A stretch of DNA of 64,000 nt, from assembly GCA_964247055.1 (NCBI GenBank), contig OZ176051.1, forward strand, positions 5,456,001 through 5,520,000, given 5' to 3'. This document shows, piece by piece, positions 1 to 11,708 of this stretch (position 1 is its first letter; each line of letters opens with the position of its first letter). A model generated the notes under the pieces. The model searched no databases. It was given only the letters and a program-made list of their open reading frames with translations, and was not told the DNA's origin. Position numbers and translations under genes: made by a program. Source of the DNA: Paragordius varius (lineage: Eukaryota > Animalia > Nematomorpha).

Positions 1-1500
1 GTCGTGCGTTTTTTCTGGGTAAACAGATACCCGCTAAAAACTGCCCCATCATATCGAAATAGCGTGCCTATGGGGCTAAATTTTAGAAAATATCAGGCCA
101 TATGAGTTTAATAGGTGGTTAAATTATTACCCGTAACAAGGCAAAAGTTTAGGTCGTTTTTTTAATTAGCCGTTAATTAGGCCCTTCACGCCAAAATGCG
201 CCACCATAGAATAATTTTTCAGTATTGAGGCAATTTTTCCAAAAACTAATGAGTGCATATGGAAATCATGATTCAAAATATTCTCCGTAAAAAGAAAAAT
301 TTTATTCAAGCGCTTTTTTGTATCAGCCTCTGGGTATGGAGCTACCCGCCTAAAACTGCGTCATCATATCGAAATTGCGTTGTGTAGGAGTTTTTCAGCA
401 TACTTATCAGGCCATATATTAATAAGGGCCTGAAATATTACCCGTAAAAGGCAAAAATTTAAGTCGAGCGGTTTATTAAATTAGCCGTTAATTAAGCCCT
501 TTACGCCCTAATTAATGTGCTATCATTGAACTATTATTTAGTTTTGAGGCCATTCTCCAAAAACTATTAAGAACATATGGAATGAATGATGGGTATTCCC
601 CTATAGGCAAATTTTTTTATCGAACGTATTTTTATTATTGGCCTCTGGGTAGGGGGCTGCCCGCCTACAACTGCGCTACCATATCGATACAGCGTGACTT
701 TGGAAGCTAATTTTAGAAAACTTATCAGGCCATATGAATTTAATAAGGGCTTGAAATACTACCCGTAAAAAGGCGATAATTTAAGTCACGCGTTTTTTTA
801 TATAGGCTGCTGGGTAAACAGATACCCGCTAAAAACTGCCCCGTCATATCGAAATAACGTGCCTTTGGGGCTATTTTTCAGAAAACCTATCAAGTCATAT
901 AAGTTTAATACATAAATATTACCCTTAACAAGGCAAATTAGGTGGTGCGGTTTTTTTACTTAGCCGTTAATTAGGCCCTTCACGCCAAAATGTGCCACCT
1001 TAGAATGATTTTTCAGAATTCAGGCAATTTTTCCAAAAACAAATTAGAGCATATGGAATCAAACATGATTCCAGGTATCTCCGTAGAAGCCACATTAGTT
1101 TATTAAAAGCTTGAAATATCACCCGTAACTATGTAAAATTAAGGTCAGGCGTTTTTTTATTAGCCACTAATTACGGGGCCTTTATGCCCTAAAAATACGC
1201 CATAACGATTATGAATTTTTGAGGTATTTTTTCAAATAATTCATGAGACGATGGTATCAAAGATGATTCCAAATATTTGTCCTAATAAGGCAAATAATTT
1301 AACTCAGCGCTTTTTCCATATAGGTCTATGGGCAGGGGACTACCGGTTAACTGAAACGCCATACAAAATTGCTTGTTTTTGGAGCTAATTATCAAAAAAT
1401 TTAAGGAGCCATACGAGTTCAATAAAGAAATAATACCCATAAAAGGTAAAAATTATAGTATAGCGTTTTTTCCGTTAGCGTCAATTTGGGGCTTTCACAC
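1..1500. repeat. Degenerate tandem satellite, ~315-bp period built from two ~155-160-bp subunits, with a ~785-bp higher-order repeat
   Basis: Anchor CTGGGT..TACCCGC..AAAACTG recurs at 15, 330, 645 (315-bp steps) and 800. The second subunit TTAGCCGTTAATTA(G/A)GCCCT recurs near 167, 482 and 960. Sequence from 15 closely matches sequence from 800. Confidence 0.9.
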
Positions 1501-1689
1501 CAGTAAACAATATATTAGTATGAATGCACAGTTTTAAAAATTCTATGAAGCTCTGTTTTGAAAATCCTATGAGATCATAACTAATATAATATTTCGAAAT
1601 AATCCACATATATGGATCACAATTTTGTTGATCTCTTTTTTCAAATAGCACCGCCCTCGGGCTGCGTAAGAGCCCGAGATTTATGCTAC
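1..1689 (+). mobile_element. 3' part of an older non-autonomous Helitron-like element carrying the satellite internally
   Basis: Perfect 8-bp hairpin CTCGGGCT-gcgtaag-AGCCCGAG (1656-1678), a 7-nt spacer, then CTAC|T (1686-1689). The spacing and left arm match the CTAG|T ends at 38338 and 57109, and satellite motifs resemble the internal sequence of those elements. The 5' end lies outside the window. Confidence 0.65.
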
Positions 1690-2022
1690 TTTATAAAAAT
1701 AACCTATCATTATGAGCATACTAAAAAGTTATTATTAGAACAACAAAATTATTTACTGCTTTTTTGTTATATTTTAAATCCAATATTGCAGAATCGTTAG
1801 ATAACTTAATCTTTAATTATATTTTTCTAGGCGTTATCTATTTACACCTTGAATTTAACCTCAAAAACATATTCACTTTTAAACTGATTCCTCTTCTCAA
1901 ATACCTAACTTATAAAGAGATGGCACCTTGCTTTTCAAATTATTTGATTCGTACTAAATCTTAAAACTAATTCTTAAGCATTATAAGGCGTTATAATATT
2001 TAATCAAAATTTGGTACAATTA

Positions 2023-2219
2023 TTTGTTCATCCCGGACTTAGAGTATCCCAACTACATTGTCAACTCATGTTCAACGACTGATGACAATTAAAATGACAC
2101 GTGATAAAAACTCTCAACATATTTGATTTCACATAATCTATGTCTCACATGTTTGTATATTTCTGTCTTTTATTTTTCGTATATTCGCATGTACAAACTC
2201 AGGGTCGAACATGAACAAA
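2023..2219. mobile_element. Possible degenerate MITE
   Basis: Imperfect terminal inverted repeats TTTGTTCATCCCGGACTTAGAGT / ACTCAGGGTCGAACATGAACAAA; no clear TSD. Confidence 0.3.
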
Positions 2220-2910
2220 ACCAACAAAGCTCCATTTTTTTATTTTTTTTTAAACTAGCTAGGCTCCTTTTCCAATCGTTTGGGAACCAATTTGATACCG
2301 GTTCCACCTCCAAAATAAGTGATTCCCATATAGTTTTATTTTTTCCAAACAAAATTTCTATTTTTAAAAGGAATTGATGATACGCTAACTTGTTTTTCTT
2401 TTCTAAAATATGGTCAAAAAATGGTCTGAATATATCAATATTAAAAAATATTTTTCAATTAAAACTATTGTTTTAAAAAATGCGTAAAAAAATAGTAAAA
2501 ATTTGAGATTTTTCAATCATTTCACTGAATATTTTATTATGTGATAGCCAAAAAAAATATATTTTAACATTTAAATTTCTAAGTTTAGATTTACTTGTCC
2601 TAAAAATATATTTGTAATAAAATGTTAGATAAATAACTATTCGATTAGCAAACAACTGCTGAAAATAGAAAGCATTAAACACACAAATTACTAAAAGTAG
2701 AGTATCTAACTTGTTTAAATAGGTTAAGGACGTAATATGCATATCGCGGGTATAATGTTGAGAGCTATATATAATAATACTCATTTTATTAATTGCCTCC
2801 GATATTTTTGCTTATAAATGATAAAAGATTGCATCAGGGGCATATAACACTCATATGTCAATATTGATCTTATCCTTTTTTGTATACGGACCATAAAAAT
2901 TATACTTGAT

Positions 2911-2916
2911 TATAAA
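2911..2916 (+). promoter_or_regulatory. Candidate TATA box of the Cys-rich gene
   Basis: TATAAA 59 nt upstream of the ATG at 2970. The motif is common in AT-rich DNA, so support is positional only. Confidence 0.3.
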
Positions 2917-2969
2917 CCCCCCATATAACCGATTTTTAGTATTTTTTTATCAATTTTAAGTTTATCATA

Positions 2970-4008
2970 ATGTCTCAACCGTTATTCATATCTTGTATCC
3001 TAATGATTATATGGTTATTTATTTCGATTATATATTAAAAATTAAAATTATACAGACAACTCGTAAAAACATAAAGACAAATATATTTTTTCATAAGACC
3101 GTTGCACTTTTTTATACTTTCCCACATAACGTATTTAAATTAAATACAAAATCGGATTAAATAAGTTAGTATATAAACAATTTACTTCTCTAAATTCTAC
3201 TTTGCAACTAAAAAAATGAGTTATATTAAAAAAAACACGGTTTAAAATATAGGGTTGTCTTTTAAAAAATTATATTTAACTTTTGAATTTATGTTTTGTC
3301 TGTGTAATTTCAATTTTTACTGTAAATATAAAATTATATATGTAATGGCTATTTAAAGTAACAATATTAATTATCATCTTTTAGTATATATGGTAGCCAC
3401 GCAAGGCCCTCAGAAAAACAGGTCGGTCCCATATCATTTATTTTTTACTATATGTTTTGAAGGTATCAGGCACATACACCTTATTTAGTAAAAATTGAAA
3501 TTAAGCAGACAAAATATACAAATTACTTTACAGATATTTTTGAAAAAGCAACCATGCTTTTTAAATTTTGATATTTCTCACCTAAACAATATTTTTACAT
3601 TTTTGAAATATGTAATTGTGAGTGTTACTAATTTACACATCTTTTCGTTATTTTGCGACAACATAAAACCTTATATAGTTCAAAAAATCAAAGTTGACAA
3701 ACATTGTTGTGTCCTTAAGTTATTACATTTTGTCCATACAACAAACATTTCACAATCTTATTTGTTAGTTTAACGTTTCGGACGCCATAAGTTGTGGGCC
3801 AGGACGTGGTTATAAAATGATATGCGATCCGTGTGCCCTTCACCATTGCCCGGGGTATGATAACGTTGATTGCTCTCCATATTACTGCAACGATGATATT
3901 GGATGCAAAGCTATGCATGTTGATGCCAATAGCAATGTTATATATTGTAACCGTTATTCACTAACATCCAGTGAAGTTAGTTCCATTGCAAAAAAACATA
4001 ATATGTAA
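2970..4008 (+). CDS. Three-exon gene, join(2970..3013,3385..3421,3769..4008), encoding a 106-aa predicted secreted 8-cysteine protein
   Basis: GT-AG introns (3014-3384, 3422-3768) with compatible phases (2, 0) give an uninterrupted ORF: MSQPLFISCILMIICIYGSHARPSEKQFNVSDAISCGPGRGYKMICDPCALHHCPGYDNVDCSPYYCNDDIGCKAMHVDANSNVIYCNRYSLTSSEVSSIAKKHNM*. The N-terminus is hydrophobic with an S-H-A cleavage-like site. Exon 3 is GC-elevated and well supported; exons 1-2 are a manual splice model and the first donor (GTTATT) is weak. Confidence 0.7.
3033..3322. mobile_element. TA-flanked MITE (TIR consensus CAGTAAAAATTGAAATTA) in intron 1 of the Cys-rich gene
   Basis: Left tattaaaaattaaaattatacagac is the inverted match of right gtctgtgtaatttcaatttttactg, with TA on both sides. 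Same family as 53729-54031; another left TIR starts near 3488. Confidence 0.6.
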
Positions 4009-4062
4009 TATAAAATAGAAACTATATTATGATTATTTTATTGAGCTCGTGGGGATATTATG

Positions 4063-4068
4063 AATAAA
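4063..4068 (+). terminator. Candidate polyadenylation signal AATAAA
   Basis: 55 nt after the stop codon at 4008, followed by T-rich sequence. Confidence 0.4.
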
Positions 4069-6144
4069 TAGATTAATTGCATCAATTTTATTGTACTTTT
4101 ATGTAAAAAAAACTTATCCGAGTGTATGGCTTAACTTAATATATAAATTTAACATATTAATTGGATAAAATTATGGCCATTCGATTAGAGCAAGGAAAGA
4201 CATTATCCTCATTTAAAATTAGAATTCTAATTCCTTAAAGTTATACTATAGTGTTTATATTTAAATGTAATACCATTACTCTAATCATTATTTTCCTCAA
4301 CTATATCTTTAGAATTCGGAAATAGCCTATTATATGCTTTTATTAATTTTATATGTTATACTATTTAATTACGTTTGTGAAACTAAAAAAAATATAATTA
4401 TTGGAGCCGAATTGGAATCAAAAACTTTTCAAAATACACGGCGGACCTAAAATGTGTGCAATAAAAAAGGATGTTTGAAATCATCACCATTTCTTTTAAA
4501 ATCCCCTTTTTTGGATTGAAACCGGGATCTAAATAACCTAAAAAAACATGAATTTCGGAACCTTAAAAAAGTGTTTTAAAATCACTGATATCATTTTTAC
4601 AGCCCTTGTTTTTAGGTAGAGACTGAAAAACAACGAATAGTAAACATAAACTACATAATAAATAAATTATTATCTAACTATTAATTATGCAATACATTGA
4701 ACAAAAATAAAAGTAAAAATATATTTTTATTAAGGAGAAAGCAGTAAATAAGGTGAGTTATATAAGTATTCAAAACAACCTTATTTCGCCGAATTTCGAA
4801 TTTAATCATAATCAAATCATTTGTAAGCATATAATTATTAGTAGCTTTTTTTGCCAATCTAATCATAAAATTAGATAAATTTGAAATATTTTTTACATTT
4901 CATTCCCACCGATGGATTTCCTTGACCAATTTATTCTTTTCGCACAATTACTTATAAAAAGTATATTATTTCCCACCTTTTTTATTATATAATGAAATTG
5001 CCTTATTTCTGATAATTCAATTTTATAATTTATGATATATAATTTAGAATGACATAAATTAGAAACATTACAAGAAATATTTTTATGTTCTTAATAGGAG
5101 GATATAAGTTTTTTAAATTAGCTTTTCACAGGCCAGAAACCCGCATATAAAATAAATATCGATAAATTATAATTAGCCGTGGATAAATCTATCAATCACA
5201 AATTGATAACTAACTGGTCAATAATTAAGTCGCACAAAGTTTTAAAATTACACCTAATTATATATTTGCTTGATAATTTAAAAAATCACCAATCATATTT
5301 ATATTTGTATTAATTAAATATTTTAACTTTATCCATGTAATATCAGAAGGATTCTCCGCTAAACAAGGACAAATAACAATCTAATCATAGGCTATAAAAT
5401 TTTAACAATAATTCAAAATAGAGATAAGTAAAAGTTGTTTTGAACTATAACCTATAAATATACAATGAGTCAACAGGATTGTTTTCGTGAAAGTATGTCA
5501 GACATAACGACACATTCATTTCACTGACTTTTCTGGAACTCTCTGTTTTAACACCAAATATTTTTTAAAATTATTTTATTATAAAATTTTAACATTATTT
5601 TGATAGTATCTTATTTTGAGAAATGGCACATAAATACTGTTTATTCCTGGCTCATACAAATAGATTGTTGTCAGTAAATGAAAATAATACCAAAGTCAAA
5701 ACTACTAAACATAAAAGAACCGAAAAAAGTGAATTAAAAATGGTTCCAGTCCGTCCGTATTTGATTAAAAATTTTTTATAAATGTAACATCTTATAAAAT
5801 TGAACTACGCCAACAAATCGAGTCGTATTATTGTATTATTTTGTTACATTTTTGCGCATCTACATATAAAAATCGCTTTTAATATGATGTTAGCTCTTAA
5901 TTTTACAATCATATAAAAATTTCTAAAATTATCTCCTATGATTTTTTACAGACATATCAATCAAAAATTATATACAAAAATTTTCTAATAGTAAATATAG
6001 GTGCAGAGATGTTTGAATTTTATTTGTTAGGGCTCTAGTCTATATAACCAGCTCAGAAAAATACAAAAAAACATATATAGATGATGTTAATATTATATAC
6101 AATGTACACAAAATCAAGGGTAAAAAAATTGCCTGTTGAAAATA

Positions 6145-6311
6145 CAGTAGCGTATGGAGTAAAACAATATTAGTCCATACAAGAAAAAAAAATTTTTTTT
6201 AAAAAAACACTAGTTGTAAAATCACATATCTATAATATCCCCTTGTTTTTTTTAAAAAAACATTTTTTTATTTTTCTATGGACTAATATTGTTTTACTCC
6301 ATACGCTACTG
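6145..6311. mobile_element. MITE, Tc1/mariner-type (TA TSD), 167 bp
   Basis: Perfect ~35-bp TIRs CAGTAGCGTATGGAGTAAAACAATATTAGTCCATA / TATGGACTAATATTGTTTTACTCCATACGCTACTG flanked by TA. Confidence 0.9.
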
Positions 6312-6346
<35 letters not shown>

Positions 6347-6899
6347 TATAAATTTATCCATAATTGAATAAGCAAAAAAATGTTAAATTTCACCAATTTA
6401 ATGTTTTTACCCATACACTACTGTTTTTCCAATCGGCCGACACTAAGGCTAGCATAAATGAACATACAGTAAATATCATTCGATCAATTTTTTCTTTTAA
6501 GTCTAAAATAAATATATTATTGGATTACTGGTTTTAATCTTGAAAAAACGCCATTACCTATATACTACATTTTTAACCTTTTTTGACGCCAATATGTGAC
6601 ACAAATTCAAATTTCATGCGTTATTATTTACGAAAAAAGAGATACATATTTTTACAGTTAAACTATTAACTTAAGCATATCATTATTAAAAAAAATTGAA
6701 AAGTATTTACATTCAGAAAAAAATGGTATATGCGGACTGAGTTTCATGTTTTAATGCGTTCTACGAAATTACATGGGCATTGTAGTAGTCGTAAGTATGT
6801 CAACTTTTACAACTAAAATTACCCGAAATCATGAATTAGAATGAGTAGCGAAATAAGGCCATAAACGCGCTTTAATAATATTCATGTTTTTATGTATAA

Positions 6900-8200
6900 A
6901 AGATAGGTGATTCGTGAAAAAGATTCCGCAAATTTCCATTTAAACATTTATTCAAATATTACACAGTGTAGAAATTCTGATAGAAAAATGTATCATAAAT
7001 CTTATGGTGCCTTTAGTATTAAAACAGGTGTTTTAAAATATTATTTACACTTTTGTGGCCATCTTCCATATCCGAAGATGGCAAAACTTGCGCAAATTAT
7101 TTTAATTAAATATTTTTGGTGTAAGCTAAATGCTTAATTCAAAAAAATATCACTAATATCAAAATTACCTATAGAAAGCAAAACAATATTTAAAAAAAAA
7201 TATTTTGACGTGGGCTCCAAAAGTCCCATTTTTTTCGCTCTGGACAGGTTTTAAAATAAACGCTCAAATTCCGGGATTGCGAGATAAAAATTTAAATAAA
7301 TGCTAATCGATATCATCTAAAAATGTTTTAAAAAAGCATACTTTTTTCAAAAATTTAATTTTGTTATTTGTTGAAGAATAATTTATAGTATCATGAAGCA
7401 TTAAGGTATAAAAGCTCTTTAAATCCTTAAAAAACACTTTTTATATTTGATGATGCTATCTATCATCTCAGAATTTTGATTTAAACCATCGTTTTTCCTC
7501 AAGATTGTGATAATGTGTTTTGTTACAAAAATTCACCAAAATCTTAAAGCCAACGAAGCTTTTAATTAAAATTCTAAAATAATAGAAATGTTCAGCATCA
7601 TCGAATTACATGGAAAAAGTGTTTGTGTAATGTCTTAAAGCGTTTAAATACCGTTTCCATAATACCTCAAAACAGTATAAAATACGCTTTACCAAAATTT
7701 AACTAAAATTTAATTTTGAAAAAAGCATGCATTTTTTAAAATTCGTAAATATCAAAATTTAGCATATATCTAAAAGTTTTATGGTTAAAGCTCTGCATTT
7801 TTGCGTTTTAATTTATTAAATGTGCCCATTTTAAAAGGCGAAAAAAATGGGACTTTCGGATCCCACATCAAAAAATTATTTTTTTAAAAAAATATTGTTA
7901 TTGATTTTTATAGGTATAATTATTTTTAATAATATTTTTTGGAATGAAGCTTTTAGCTTACATCAAAAAATTTATTAAAAAAATGTCCGCAAATTTCGCC
8001 ATTAACTGATATGGAGCATTACCATCGGAGTGTATCTTTCTTAAGATACTTGTAAGCCCTGCCAAATATATTTTTCCATCGATATATTTATCATTATATT
8101 TTTTGTACACTTTATGCAACTCTCCAATTTTGCCAAATCTATTTAAAACCTTGAAATATTTTTGCGGTATTTGTTTAAAACAGTTAAAAATCAACCTTTA
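6900..8200. mobile_element. Degenerate foldback (long inverted-repeat) element centred near 7530
   Basis: TTTTGACGTGGGCTCCAAAAGTCCCATTTTTTTCGC (~7203) is mirrored by GGCGAAAAAAATGGGACTTTCGGATCCCACATCAAAA (~7838), with further mirrored blocks inward and outward. Outer limits are approximate. Confidence 0.75.
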
Positions 8201-8555
8201 CCCATACTTTTATATATTATATACATCCTTTAATTTTATTTATTTATTTAATATTTTAGGCAAAAAAGTACCCGGTAATTATATTTGATATTCATTATAA
8301 TGTAAGCGAAATGCGCAGTATAAATATTTGTATAAAGTTTGCAAATGAAAATAAGAATTATTTAAATTTTATTATTGGATAGGGTCACTCATCAATCAAA
8401 TCAAAAAAATATGAATAATTTGCATCTAAATAAAATAAGCCCTAAAATTTATCGCAGTCAGCTGTTTTTTCCTAACAAAATTTTTATTTATAAATTAAAA
8501 TTGCTACTTTCAACGTTTTAAAAAGCATCAATACTTACAAAGTATAGCTTTAAAA

Positions 8556-8604
8556 CAGGGGTATCCAACATGCGGCTCCCGAGACATTTTGTGTGGCCCG
8601 CGAA
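8556..8604 (+). mobile_element. Solo hAT-MITE-like terminus
   Basis: CAGGGGTATCCAACATGCGGCTCCCGAG..GTGGCCCGCG resembles common non-autonomous hAT ends; no partner end found. Confidence 0.35.
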
Positions 8605-11600
8605 AAAATTGGATATCCATAAATTGCAAAAATCTTACAAAATCTTAATAAGATTTATAGATCTTAAACAAATTTTCTGAATGATTCAACGAACTAAAAA
8701 ATTTTTATATTCTCTGCATTTTGAGTAATTTATGCGTTCCACGAAATCATTTGTGTTAAATACCTCTGTTGTAGGATGATAAGATTTAGATATAGAAAAA
8801 AATATTAAAAATTGTTAACCTATAAACTATATATGGGTTAAAGTTGCTATTGCTATATAATAATTCATTGCGAACAAGTACCATTGAGTTTTTTCTCCTT
8901 AAACTAATAAAAAACAAGATATCTCATATATGGCGACAGACATGTATATAAAAAAACCTTTTTCGTCAATTAAAACACTAAAATAGCCAATAATGGCTCT
9001 TGCTATATATTACAGTATGCATTTTAATGTGTGTTCAGTAATTTTATTGCCAGTTGAATAAAATAAATGGTTTATCCAATGCGTAAAATTATGACCCACG
9101 AAATTATTTCGTAGTAACATATGAAAGAGGATTGACGTGAGAATTAACATAGGCTTTAATTTGATGGATATTTTGTAATGTTAAATTTTGAGAAAATTAT
9201 AACAAATATGTTAACATTTGAAATATTGTTGTTACGTATTTAGATGCGGAATTTTGTGGATTCTTATCTTTGATAAATTAATAATTAGTAAAATACGTAT
9301 TTAAGATTTTTTATGTTAATTATTCCTATATTTAATAATATATATTTTCCAACATGCTAAATACATGTATTAATTAATATTGGTATTATAATTTTATTTA
9401 GTTGTTATTACTAATAAAAAAAACAGGCAAATATATTTGTGAAAATTTAAGTAAATTTTAGATTTTCGTCTTTTATGTTTTGCATTGTTAATTATTAATA
9501 ATTTTTTAGTATTTCAGACATTTTAATCAGGTAAAAATTACGGTTTTTGACAAATTTAGTCAAAATTTAGTTTTTTTGTTTTTTAGGTTTTGCATTGTTA
9601 ATACTAATTAACTACTATATATTTTAAACATTTTAATAATTACAGGAAAAATTGCGGTTTTTAACAAATTTAGTAAAATTTTGGTTTTTTTGGGTTTTGC
9701 ATTGTTAATTAAAATTAATTACTACATATTTGGATTTTTATAAATACAGGTAAAAATGGCGGTTTTTAACATATTTCAAATGTTTGTATTTTGTATCATT
9801 GTTATTTAATTAATTACTAAATATTTTAGACATTTAAAAAAATGGTGTAAATTGCAGTTTTTAATAAATTAGTAAATTTTATTTTTTGTTCAACCTTGCT
9901 AATTTAATTATATTTATGATACATTGATATATACAGGTAATACTATGAATTGCGGTTTTTTGGATTTTTATAAAATATTTTTTTTACATTGATAATTTAT
10001 ATAATAAATATAGTTAACATATCTGAGTAGGTAAAAATGCATGTTACGGTTTTATGTTTGACATTTTATTTTCCAAATCAACTATTTATATTTTAACAAA
10101 CACTTTATGTCACCAAAGATTGAAAATAAGATCAAGATATATAAAACATATCGCCAAATATAAATAAATTTATTTATTATAAATGTAGAATTATACAAAA
10201 TATTCATATTATGTTTGAAATTAACATTCTTCTTATTGATATTAATACAGGTAATTTGTTTATGTAAATGATGTACGAAGCGGTGTGCGTTCATGATAAT
10301 CATATAGATTGAAGAATGGTATAAGATGCAATAATTAAATGCAGATAATCCTGAAAATTTTAATCACCATCATTTTCTAAATAGATTCTATCAACTAAAA
10401 TATAAGATAGCATATTAGAAAATTGATACCTGGATTCTAGAATTCAACATACTTAAATATTGGGGGAAACATTTATAGTTTGAAAGGGAACTCAAAAGGT
10501 TGACTTGGCTTTTTAACAACTAAATTTGCAAAAAAATATTTTCTTCATAATAAAAATTTTAAAAATGATACTTTATGTTTTTTTTTCGTTCTACCATCCT
10601 AAACTATAAATATGAAAAGGATTATATGATTTTACCATACCAATGTCGTCAAATAGAAAATAGAAACAAATAATTTTTTTCAAAAGCTTGGAATGCAACA
10701 GCACTCCAAAAACTAAGCAGGCAACACTAACATTGTTTGCTTTGGTGAAGAATAATTTTTTATATTTATAGTTTAAGATGGTAAAACGAAAACGTAAAAT
10801 AAGGTATCATTTTTGAATTTTTTATCATGAAGAAAATATTTTTTGCAAATTTAGTTGTTAAAAAGACAAGTCAACCTTATTTAGTTCCCTTTCAAAGAAT
10901 GTTTTAGCCACCAATATTTAAATTATGTTGAAAATACTTCTAAAGTCCAGGTATCAATTTTTTAATATATTAAAAAATACCTTTCTATCTTACATTTGTT
11001 GATAAAATCTACTCAGAAAATGATGGTGATTGAATTTTCAATCTGCATTTAATTATTTTTTGCATCTCATATTCTTCAATCTAAGATAAGGTCATCATGA
11101 ACGCACACTGCATCGTATATCAATATTAGAAACAAATTACCTGTATTAATATCAATAAGAAGAATGCTAAATATGAATATGTATATTTATACATTCATAT
11201 AAATAAATTTATTTATATTTGGCGATAGTCAGATACTTTAAAAGATGTTTTACATATCTTGATCATTTTTTTAATCTTTAGGGACATAAGGGTTTGTTAA
11301 AATATACATCGTTGGATTTGAAAAATAATCAAACCTAAAACCGTAACATGCGTTTTTACCTGTATGCTCAGATATAACTATATTTGTATATTAGTTATCA
11401 TTGTAAAACAAAAAAAATAATTTTCCTAAAAATTTAAAAAACCGCAAATCATAGTAATATTTATTTGTATATATTAATGTATAAAAAATATATAGTAATT
11501 AATAAATAAGTAAGGTTGAACGAAAAATTAAAAACCGCAATTTTCCCCTGTAATGTCCAAAATATTTAGTAATTAATAACGAATAACTACAAAAAATGTT

Positions 11601-11708
11601 AAATTTATAATTTGTTAAGAACCGCTTTTTTCACCTGTATTTATTTTAATGTCCAAAATATTTATTAATTACAATTAAAATTGATTAAACAAAACAAATT
11701 AAATTCTA

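Noticed and set aside
1-1500. CRISPR-like or iteron-like interpretation of the repeated motifs
   Set aside because: Intervening sequences are themselves repeated rather than unique spacers, the context is eukaryotic, and there are no cas or rep genes.
3495-3918. ORFs 3495-3773(+) and 3715-3918(-)
   Set aside because: The first starts at TTG within MITE/intron sequence and is low-complexity; the second is the antisense of the Cys-rich exon.
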